Positions 6,971 to 13,254 of a DNA stretch of 14,807 bases are shown piece by piece. The first letter of the stretch is position 1; every line of letters begins with the position of its first letter. Where the stretch lies: positions 1 through 14,807 of the forward strand of contig CAYHPG010000010.1 of assembly GCA_964358625.1 (NCBI GenBank). The letters run 5' to 3'. Under the pieces are notes generated by a model. It was not told the DNA's origin. It was given only the letters and a program-made list of their open reading frames with translations, and did no database searches. This stretch comes from an uncultured Gammaproteobacteria bacterium (lineage in GTDB: Bacteria; Patescibacteriota; Patescibacteriia; JACQSD01). A program made the translations under genes and the position numbers.

Positions 6971-7018
6971 TAACCCCACCCTTCCTCCCCTTATATAAGG
7001 GGAGGTGAGGAGGGGTTA
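6971..7018. repeat. 48-bp imperfect palindrome (core cctccccttatataaggggagg) upstream of dus
   Basis: taacccc..cctcccctta|taaggggagg..ggggtta. The outer 7 bp and the inner 10 bp of the two arms are perfectly complementary. Confidence 0.7.
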
Positions 7019-7033
7019 TATTCGTAAACGCTT

Positions 7034-8032
7034 ATGAATTTTTGGACAACACTCACAAAACCCATCCTTGCTCTCGCGCCGATGGCGGGGGTGACGGATG
7101 CCGCATTTCGCCCGCTCGTGAAGAGTTATGGCGCGGATGTTATCTACACCGAATTCGCCTCAACGCACGCGCTCATCCACGGCAACGAAGCAACGCGCCG
7201 CATGATTGGCTTTGAACCGGAAGAACAACCGGTCGTGTGTCAGCTTTTCGGCAATGAGCCGGATAAATTTGCCGAGTCTGCAAAAATTTTGGAGTCATTG
7301 GGCTTTGCCGGTGTGGACATCAACTTCGGTTGTCCCGCATATAAAGTCGTCACTCATGGCGGCGGAGTTGTGCTCATGAAAGAGCCAGAGCAGTGCAGAA
7401 AAATCGTCGAGGCAACCTGCAACGCCATCAAAATCCCCGTCTCCGTAAAAATCCGCGCGAGCATCCGTTGCGATATACAAGGGGCACCCTTGTCGTCGAC
7501 AAGGGTGCCCCTTGTAACGGCGTGCGATCTCGTCAACCAAATCAAAGACCTCCCCGTCGCCGCGCTCATGATCCACGGCCGCTCGTATGAACAACCGTTC
7601 GACGGATGGCCCGATGTCTCAATGATCACCGCAGTCAAAAAAATCTTCCCCGGCATCCTCCTTGCGAATGGCGGCGTCCACACACCGGAAGATGCAAAAA
7701 AACTCTTAGACGAAACCGGCGCCGACGGCTTGGGTATCGCTCGCGGAAGCTGGGGCAAACCGTGGATCTTTCAACAAATCCGCGACTACCTCGCCACCGG
7801 TTCATATGTGAAGCCCACGTGGGATGAAATCGTCGCGGTCATTATCCGTCACGCGGAAATGGCAAAAAAATATAAATCAGCGCACGGATTCATCGAACTT
7901 CGCAAACACTTGGCGTGGTACGTCAAAGGCATTCAGCACGCATCGACACTGCGCCAACAACTCGTCCGCGTAAAGACGCTTGAAGAAATAATCGCCATCC
8001 TCCAAACCGTCCCTGCGCTTGCAAAAGTGTAG
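7034..8032 (+). CDS. dus: tRNA-dihydrouridine synthase
   Basis: LAPMAGVTDAAFR, VDINFGCP (catalytic Cys region), PVSVKIR and IHGRS. 332 aa. Confidence 0.9.
   Translation: MNFWTTLTKPILALAPMAGVTDAAFRPLVKSYGADVIYTEFASTHALIHGNEATRRMIGFEPEEQPVVCQLFGNEPDKFAESAKILESLGFAGVDINFGCPAYKVVTHGGGVVLMKEPEQCRKIVEATCNAIKIPVSVKIRASIRCDIQGAPLSSTRVPLVTACDLVNQIKDLPVAALMIHGRSYEQPFDGWPDVSMITAVKKIFPGILLANGGVHTPEDAKKLLDETGADGLGIARGSWGKPWIFQQIRDYLATGSYVKPTWDEIVAVIIRHAEMAKKYKSAHGFIELRKHLAWYVKGIQHASTLRQQLVRVKTLEEIIAILQTVPALAKV
7477..7515. repeat. perfect 39-nt palindrome inside the dus CDS, in frame (13 codons)
   Basis: acaaggggcacccttgtcg-t-cgacaagggtgccccttgt has 19-bp arms that are exact reverse complements. Each arm is itself a 7-bp-stem hairpin (acaaggg-gca-cccttgt). 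It encodes ..IQGAPLSSTRVPLV.. Confidence 0.9.
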
Positions 8033-8033
8033 T

Positions 8034-8066
8034 AAAACAAAAAAGTCCTGATCAGGACTTTTTTGT
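8034..8066. terminator. bidirectional rho-independent terminator between convergent dus and dnaJ
   Basis: aaaacaaaaaaGTCCTGATCAGGACtttttt has a perfect 7-bp stem (8045-8051 / 8052-8058) flanked by an A-run and a T-run. Confidence 0.75.
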
Positions 8067-8117
8067 TTCTACGAGTCTAGCACCCGCAACCGCCTTTTGT
8101 ACCGTCCATAATAATAT

Positions 8118-8188
8118 GTCATTGCGAACGGAGCGAAACAATCTCACGGCGTTAGATTGCCGCGTCGCCTTCGGCTCCTCGCAATGAC
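8118..8188. repeat. 71-bp palindromic repeat element (gtcattgcga ... tcgcaatgac) 6 nt downstream of the dnaJ stop
   Basis: It has 10-bp perfect terminal inverted repeats at 8118-8127 and 8179-8188. The internal halves, gtcattgcgaacggagcgaaacaatctc and agattgccgcgtcgccttcggctcctcgcaatgac, pair imperfectly. It is related to 6856-6913. Confidence 0.8.
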
Positions 8189-8194
8189 AGTTAT

Positions 8195-9286
8195 CTATAA
8201 CCCTTCTTTTTGTAATTGTTCCAACAAATCGCGCTGGCGACGACTCACATCTTTCGGTGTCCTCACCTGCACATGCACGAGATGATCACCTCTGCCGCCG
8301 GATTTCAAATGCGTCACGCCCTTTCCCTTCAAACGAAACTCCTGTCCTGCTTGCGTCCCTGCTGGAATTTTGAGCGCCACCACACCATCAACCGTCTCCA
8401 CATCAATGGTCGCTCCAAGTGCCGCTTGCGAAAAAGAAATACCCGCTTGCGAATGTAAATCATCGCCGTCGCGCTCAAATCGCGTATCCGTCGCAACCCG
8501 CACCGTTAAATACAAATCGCCCGCTTGCCCACCACGATCTCCTACCTCGCCTTCGCCCGTGAGTCGAATCGTCTGTCCATCAGCAATCCCTGCAGGAACT
8601 TTGACGCGCATCTTTCGCAATTCTTTTGCAACTCCTCCGCCACGACATTTTGAACAAACGGTTTCAAAGCGCTCGCCCTGCCCGCCGCATACCTCGCACG
8701 CGACAACGGTTTCTACTGTCCCCAGAAATGTCCGCTGTGCCTGACGCACTTGCCCCTGACCGCGACATGTTGTGCATGTCTTCACCGTACTTCCCGGCTC
8801 GGCGCCTTTCCCATGACAACGATCGCACGCCACCGTTTTCCATAACTCAATCTCTTTCTCAACACCAAAAACAGCATCATGAAATGTAATTTTTATATCT
8901 GCTTGAATATCACGTCCTTTCCGTGCACGTGATCGCGCTGTTCTCCGTCCGCCTCCGCCTCCAAATATTCCACCAAAAAGATCTCCAAGATCTTCGAAAT
9001 TCACGCCCATTCCCTCAGTAAATCCCGTAAAATCCCGAAACCCCTCAAAGCCACCCATCCCGCCTTGTGCCTGTGCCTGCTCAAACGTCGTGCCGTACTG
9101 ATCATACTGCTTCCTTTTGTCCGCGTCTGACAGCACCTGATACGCCTCGTTCACCTCTTTGAATTTTTTCGGATCGCCTCCTTTATCCGGATGCAACTCG
9201 TGCGCCAGCTTTCTAAATGCACGTTTAATCTCATCCTGCGATGCGGACTTCGAAACTCCTAATACATTGTAGTAATCCTTTGCCAT
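8195..9286 (-). CDS. dnaJ: molecular chaperone DnaJ
   Basis: J domain ([12 protein letters not shown]), a G/F-rich region, four CxxCxGxG zinc-finger repeats and the C-terminal substrate domain. 363 aa. Confidence 0.96.
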   Translation of the reverse strand: MAKDYYNVLGVSKSASQDEIKRAFRKLAHELHPDKGGDPKKFKEVNEAYQVLSDADKRKQYDQYGTTFEQAQAQGGMGGFEGFRDFTGFTEGMGVNFEDLGDLFGGIFGGGGGRRTARSRARKGRDIQADIKITFHDAVFGVEKEIELWKTVACDRCHGKGAEPGSTVKTCTTCRGQGQVRQAQRTFLGTVETVVACEVCGGQGERFETVCSKCRGGGVAKELRKMRVKVPAGIADGQTIRLTGEGEVGDRGGQAGDLYLTVRVATDTRFERDGDDLHSQAGISFSQAALGATIDVETVDGVVALKIPAGTQAGQEFRLKGKGVTHLKSGGRGDHLVHVQVRTPKDVSRRQRDLLEQLQKEGL

Positions 9287-9330
9287 TTATTAACGAAACA
9301 CGAATGTATAACCTCCTCTCCCCTTGTGGG

Positions 9331-9472
9331 CTGTGAATTACGAAACTCTCTTTATTCCCTCTCCCTCAATGGGAGAGGGTTAGGGTGAGGGTGGAAATAA
9401 GGGGCTTTACACACCCTCCCCTTTGTCCCCTCCCATCAAGGGAGGGGAAAACCGGAGTTTCGTAATTCACAG
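9331..9472. mobile_element. MITE-like non-autonomous element, 142 bp, perfect 18-bp TIRs, 8-bp flanking direct repeat
   Basis: The TIRs are ctgtgaattacgaaactc (9331-9348) and gagtttcgtaattcacag (9455-9472). The direct repeat cttgtggg lies at 9323-9330 and 9473-9480. Internal hairpins are ccctctccc-tcaat-gggagaggg (9357-9379) and cccctccc-atcaa-gggagggg (9427-9447). There is no ORF. Confidence 0.7.
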
Positions 9473-9485
9473 CTTGTGGGAGAGG

Positions 9486-9833
9486 TTAGGGAGAGGGGAA
9501 AAGATGTTTATTAATTTCCTCACCTACTCCTTCGATATTTTTCAAAACATCATTATTCCAAAAACGGAGCACCGTAAATCCTTGATTCCGTAACCATTGA
9601 TCCCGCACTTGGTCTTTCAACGTATGTGTTTCCTCTGCATGTTGCCCGCCATCAAGTTCAATAACAATTTTTTTAGCGAAACAAACAAAATCAACAATGT
9701 AATCTCCAATAATCTCCTGTCGTCTAAATTTTAGTCCATGAAACTGTTTTGCTCTCAGATAATGCCACAACAATTTTTCTGCTTCGGTGGAATTTTTTCT
9801 AAGGTCTTTGGCAAAAGCAATGAGATGCTTCAT
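9486..9833 (-). CDS. DUF559 endonuclease-domain protein (Vsr-like restriction endonuclease fold), 115 aa
   Basis: From ATG 9833: MKHLIAFAKDLRKNSTEAEKLLWHYLRAKQFHGLKFRRQEIIGDYIVDFVCFAKKIVIELDGGQHAEE..RDQWLRNQGFTVLRFWNNDV. This is the characteristic DUF559 pattern. The longer ORF-track start (9902) would overlap dnaK and reads through a repeat. GGAGG lies 7 nt upstream of the 9833 ATG. Confidence 0.85.
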   Translation of the reverse strand: MKHLIAFAKDLRKNSTEAEKLLWHYLRAKQFHGLKFRRQEIIGDYIVDFVCFAKKIVIELDGGQHAEETHTLKDQVRDQWLRNQGFTVLRFWNNDVLKNIEGVGEEINKHLFPSP

Positions 9834-9850
9834 ACGACACCCTCCCCTCA

Positions 9851-9871
9851 CCCCTCCCATAAAGGGAGGGG
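9851..9871. repeat. hairpin repeat cccctccc-ataaa-gggagggg between the dnaK stop and the DUF559 start
   Basis: Read directly. It belongs to the same family as 9427-9447. The adjacent cctcccctca (9841-9850) completes the family's tail motif on the minus strand (tgaggggagg). Confidence 0.65.
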
Positions 9872-9873
9872 GA

Positions 9874-11739
9874 CTACTTCTTCTCCTTAAAATCAGCGTC
9901 AATCACATCACCAGACTTTGCGTCCTTTTTGTCATCATCTTTCTGCCCTGAGCTTGTCGAAGGGTTCGTTTTTTCCGCTTCCGCCGCGGCTTTATATAAA
10001 TCCCCGCCCACCTTCTGAATCGCCTCACCCAAAGCATCAACCGCTTTGCGCAACGCCGCCGCGTCACTGCCGTCTTTTGCCTTTTTCACCTCGACAATTT
10101 TTTCCTCAATCGGTTTCTTCACATCATCCTTCACTTTGTCGCCCGCGTCTTTCAATGTCTTCTCGGTCGTGTGAATAAGCGCATCCGCCTGATTGCGCAA
10201 ATCAATGAGTTCCTTCTTCTGCCGATCCTCGGTTGCATGCAGTTCCGCCTCTTTTTTCATCTTCTCGATTTCCTCTTTTGAAAGCGCGGAAGAATCTTTA
10301 ATCGTAATGTGCTGCGACTTCGCCGTTGCTTTATCTTTCGCGGTCACCGTCAAAATTCCGTTTGCATCAATGTCAAATGTCACTTCTACTTGCGGTACAC
10401 CACGCGCCGCCGGAGGAATGCCGTCCAAAATAAATCGCCCAAGCGTACGATTATCGCTCGCCATCGGCCGTTCTCCTTGTAATACATGAATCTCCACCGA
10501 AGTCTGGCTGTCCGCGGCCGTTGAAAATACTTGTGACTTCGATGTTGGAATCGTTGCGTTGCGCTCGATTAAGGGTGTCGAAACTCCACCCATTGTCTCA
10601 ATACCAAGTGTCAACGGCGTCACATCGAGCAAGAGCACGTCTTTTACGTCACCGGAGAGCACCGCCGCTTGCACTGCCGCGCCTTTTGCGACGCATTCCA
10701 TCGGATCCACCCCGCGCTCAATTTTCTTCCCGATAAAATCTTCCACGAATTTCTGGACAATCGGCATGCGCGTCGGACCACCGACCATAATCACTTTTTC
10801 GATTTTTGCCGGCGTCAACTTCGCGTCCGTAATTGCCTGCTCCATCGAATGACGGCATCGCTCCACGATCGGCTTCACAAGATCTTCCAATGTTGCGCGC
10901 GTCATCTTCATCGTCATGTGCTTCGGGCCGGATGCATCAGCGGTAATAAACGGCAAGTTGATTTCCGTTTCGAGTGTCGAAGACAATTCAATTTTCGCCT
11001 TCTCTCCTGCTTCTTTCAAGCGTTGCATTGCCATCGAGTCCTTACGCAAATCAATCCCTTCTTTTTTCTTAAACTCATCAGCGATATAGCCAATCATAGC
11101 GTTATCCATGTCCGTACCCCCGAGTTGCGTGTCTCCGGATGTTGATTGCACTTCAAAAACCCCTTCACCAAAATTCATGATCGTCACATCAAGTGTGCCG
11201 CCACCAAGATCAAACACCAGAACCATCTGATCTTTCTTGCCCTTTCCTGTTTTATCAAGACCATAGGACAACGATGCCGCGGTCGGTTCATTAATAATAC
11301 GCACGACTTCAAGACCAGCGATTGCGCCTGCATCTTTTGTTGCTTGGCGCTGTGCATCATTAAAGTACGCAGGAACGGTAATCACTGCTTTTTGTACTGG
11401 TTCACCCAAAAAGCTCTCCGCATCACGCTTGATTTTTTGCAAAATAAACGCGGAGATTTGTTGTGGCGTGTATTCTTTGTCGCCGATTTTCCACTTGAAA
11501 TCCGTTCCCATCTTCCGCTTTGCGGCGTAGATAGTGCGATCCGGGTTTGCCACAAGCTGACGCCGTGCGGGCTCACCAACTAAAAGTTCACCTTCTTTCG
11601 TAAACGCCACATATGAAGGGAACGCCTTCCCTCCAAGTGTTGCCCCTTCCGCAGACGGCACAATCACAGGACTATCGCCCTGCATGACCGCGGCCGCTGA
11701 ATTAGATGTTCCTAAATCGATTCCAATAATTTTGCTCAT
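9874..11739 (-). CDS. dnaK: molecular chaperone DnaK (Hsp70)
   Basis: [20 protein letters not shown] and a full-length Hsp70 architecture. 621 aa. Confidence 0.97.
   Translation of the reverse strand: MSKIIGIDLGTSNSAAAVMQGDSPVIVPSAEGATLGGKAFPSYVAFTKEGELLVGEPARRQLVANPDRTIYAAKRKMGTDFKWKIGDKEYTPQQISAFILQKIKRDAESFLGEPVQKAVITVPAYFNDAQRQATKDAGAIAGLEVVRIINEPTAASLSYGLDKTGKGKKDQMVLVFDLGGGTLDVTIMNFGEGVFEVQSTSGDTQLGGTDMDNAMIGYIADEFKKKEGIDLRKDSMAMQRLKEAGEKAKIELSSTLETEINLPFITADASGPKHMTMKMTRATLEDLVKPIVERCRHSMEQAITDAKLTPAKIEKVIMVGGPTRMPIVQKFVEDFIGKKIERGVDPMECVAKGAAVQAAVLSGDVKDVLLLDVTPLTLGIETMGGVSTPLIERNATIPTSKSQVFSTAADSQTSVEIHVLQGERPMASDNRTLGRFILDGIPPAARGVPQVEVTFDIDANGILTVTAKDKATAKSQHITIKDSSALSKEEIEKMKKEAELHATEDRQKKELIDLRNQADALIHTTEKTLKDAGDKVKDDVKKPIEEKIVEVKKAKDGSDAAALRKAVDALGEAIQKVGGDLYKAAAEAEKTNPSTSSGQKDDDKKDAKSGDVIDADFKEKK
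9944..9965 (-). repeat. 22-mer tgccctgagcttgtcgaagggt inserted in the dnaK C-terminal tail (encodes PSTSSGQ)
   Basis: It is identical over 22 nt to 11930-11951 in grpE. It is in the same orientation relative to the host gene and in the same reading frame. Confidence 0.85.
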
Positions 11740-11748
11740 AGAAAATCT

Positions 11749-11816
11749 TGAAACTCGTATCCTGAAACTTGAAACTTAGATTGAGTACAGGTTACAAGTT
11801 ATAAGTTATAAGTTAT
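11749..11816. repeat. short tandem or dispersed heptamers in the grpE-dnaK spacer
   Basis: tgaaact at 11749, 11763 and 11770. aagttat x3 in perfect tandem at 11796-11816. Confidence 0.6.
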
Positions 11817-11820
11817 TTTT

Positions 11821-12381
11821 TTATTCTGCAATAATAACTTTTGGCGTAACAAACGATTTTCCGTGGAGCGTATAGCCCACACGCACTTCTTCTATAATCG
11901 TATCCGGTTCAATCTTTTTACTCTGCGCTTGCCCTGAGCTTGTCGAAGGGTCGATGGGCTTCTTTTTCCCTACCACTTCATCATGCATCGGGTCAAACTT
12001 TTTGCCCATCACGTCCATTCGCGCGACACCTGCTTTCTTCATAAAATCTTCAAAGCTCTTTTTTACTTGCGCCATACCCTTACCCCATGGCGTCTCTGCA
12101 ACTTCTTTTGGCATCTCCGCGCACGCTTTCATGAATGCTTCATACGTTGGTAGTAAGTCACGAAGAGTGCTCGTAACGGCAAAGATAATAAAATCAGTCC
12201 GTTGCCGCTCGATATCTTTCTCGCGATTCACAAAATCCGCTTTCGACCGCTTCCATCCGGTCAAATATTCATCTGCCTTCTTCTGGCATTTCTCCAATTC
12301 TTCTCGAAGCTTCTGCGCTTCTGGAGATTCAATTAATTTTTCCTCCGGCTGTTCAGATAAAAGTGCGTTAGTCATTGCCAT
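11821..12381 (-). CDS. grpE: nucleotide exchange factor GrpE
   Basis: 186 aa, lying between hrcA and dnaK. It has a coiled-coil N-terminus, then ..LLPTYEAF.., ..FDPMHDEVV.. and ..VRVGYTLHGKSFVTPKVII. Confidence 0.9.
   Translation of the reverse strand: MAMTNALLSEQPEEKLIESPEAQKLREELEKCQKKADEYLTGWKRSKADFVNREKDIERQRTDFIIFAVTSTLRDLLPTYEAFMKACAEMPKEVAETPWGKGMAQVKKSFEDFMKKAGVARMDVMGKKFDPMHDEVVGKKKPIDPSTSSGQAQSKKIEPDTIIEEVRVGYTLHGKSFVTPKVIIAE
11930..11951 (-). repeat. 22-mer tgccctgagcttgtcgaagggt inserted in grpE (encodes PSTSSGQ)
   Basis: Identical to 9944-9965. It lies between the FDPMHDEVV segment and the C-terminal beta domain. Confidence 0.85.
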
Positions 12382-13075
12382 ATTTCGTTATAATTTCTCG
12401 CGCATATTTTGCGAGCGCGATGTTTGCTGCATAATCCATACGCGTCGGGCCTAAAATTCCAAAAAGTTGATCTTCGTCTTTCCCGTATCGCACAACCACC
12501 ACGCTTGTGTCGTTACCAAACGGATTTTCATCACCAATGGCAACCGCAAAATCATCGTGCACGGATGTGGCAAACTCTGCCATCGTCTCATCAAGACGGT
12601 CAAACACATGCGACATCGTTAATGCAAGATCGTGATCGGAAAATTCCGGTTGTGCGAGGAGATACGACAGCCCCGTATAATAGACATCGTCAGACGTAAA
12701 TCCGACAAGAATCGCTTCATGCGCCACCTCCGCAACAACTCGTGCAAGTTCCTTTACGCGGAGTCGTTTATTTTCAAAACTTTTTATGCATCGTTCTTCA
12801 ATCGTCTCCCGTTCTTTCTTTGCAAGTGGTTTTTCTGCGAGACAATGTGTCACATAATACCGATATCCTTTTATCGTCGGCACGCGGCCGGCAGAGGTAT
12901 GCGGGTGCGTCAAATATCCTTCCTCTTCAAGCGCCGCAAGTGCATTGCGTACCGTTGCTGAACTTACGGAAAGTCCATATTTCCCTGCGAGCAATTTCGA
13001 ACCAACGGGCTCTGCTGTCCGTATATGTTCTGCGACTACCGCTTCCAATAATGCCGCTTTTCTCCCTTCGAGCAT
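12368..13075 (-). CDS. hrcA: heat-inducible transcription repressor HrcA (short form, about 235 aa)
   Basis: The N-terminal winged helix has the HrcA signature: EPVGSKLL..LSVSSATVRNALAALEEEGYLTHPHTSAGRVPTIKGYRYYV. The C-terminal motif GPTRMDYAANI is present. I place the start at ATG 13075; the ORF-track start at 13081 is a TTG. The 3' end overlaps the grpE start by 14 nt. Confidence 0.88.
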   Translation of the reverse strand: MLEGRKAALLEAVVAEHIRTAEPVGSKLLAGKYGLSVSSATVRNALAALEEEGYLTHPHTSAGRVPTIKGYRYYVTHCLAEKPLAKKERETIEERCIKSFENKRLRVKELARVVAEVAHEAILVGFTSDDVYYTGLSYLLAQPEFSDHDLALTMSHVFDRLDETMAEFATSVHDDFAVAIGDENPFGNDTSVVVVRYGKDEDQLFGILGPTRMDYAANIALAKYAREIITKYGND

Positions 13076-13088
13076 AAGCAAAGTATTC

Positions 13089-13150
13089 TTCGAGCGAAGT
13101 CGCGCTTAGCGCCACGAAGTCGAGAAGTGCCTAAAAATGCAGTTCTCGAC
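13089..13150. repeat. GC-rich repeat and hairpin cluster in the hrcA 5' leader
   Basis: cgagcgaagtcg (13091-13102) and cgaagtcgag (13115-13124) are shared with 6880-6893. There is an 8-bp stem gtcgagaa (13119-13126) / ttctcgac (13143-13150). Confidence 0.5.
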
Positions 13151-13164
13151 AGGCTCGAACGATA

Positions 13165-13191
13165 TTAGCACTCGCTATCCGAGAGTGCTAA
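13165..13191 (-). promoter_or_regulatory. CIRCE operator (HrcA binding site), perfect consensus
   Basis: TTAGCACTC-gctatccga-GAGTGCTAA is an exact 9-N9-9 inverted repeat. It lies 4 nt downstream of the -10 box of the hrcA promoter. Confidence 0.95.
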
Positions 13192-13195
13192 TTCC

Positions 13196-13224
13196 ACTAT
13201 ACAAAAAGAAAAAAAACGTGTCAA
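13196..13224 (-). promoter_or_regulatory. sigma-70 promoter of the hrcA-grpE-dnaK operon
   Basis: The minus strand reads TTGACA (13224-13219), a 17-nt spacer, TATAGT (13201-13196), ggaa, then CIRCE. Confidence 0.8.
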
Positions 13225-13246
13225 GCCCCATAAATACTGCTAGAAT
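13218..13246 (+). promoter_or_regulatory. candidate divergent promoter for truD (-35 GTGTCA, 17 nt, -10 TAGAAT)
   Basis: gtgtca 13218-13223 and tagaat 13241-13246. The ATG at 13255 is only 8 nt after the hexamer. Confidence 0.35.
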
Positions 13247-13254
13247 GGAAATAT

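Noticed and set aside
9834-9902. N-terminal extension of the DUF559 ORF (start at 9902)
   Set aside because: It would overlap the dnaK 3' end and translate the hairpin repeat ([13 protein letters not shown]). An ATG at 9833 with a GGAGG 7 nt upstream gives the conserved DUF559 N-terminus.
10193-11583. Several plus-strand ORFs of 70-160 aa (10193, 10521, 10559, 10669, 11146)
   Set aside because: All are antisense to dnaK and have biased composition. They are shadow ORFs.
13076-13081. hrcA start at 13081 as listed in the ORF track
   Set aside because: The codon at 13081-13079 is TTG. The ATG two codons downstream (13075) is preferred, and the difference is immaterial to the call.
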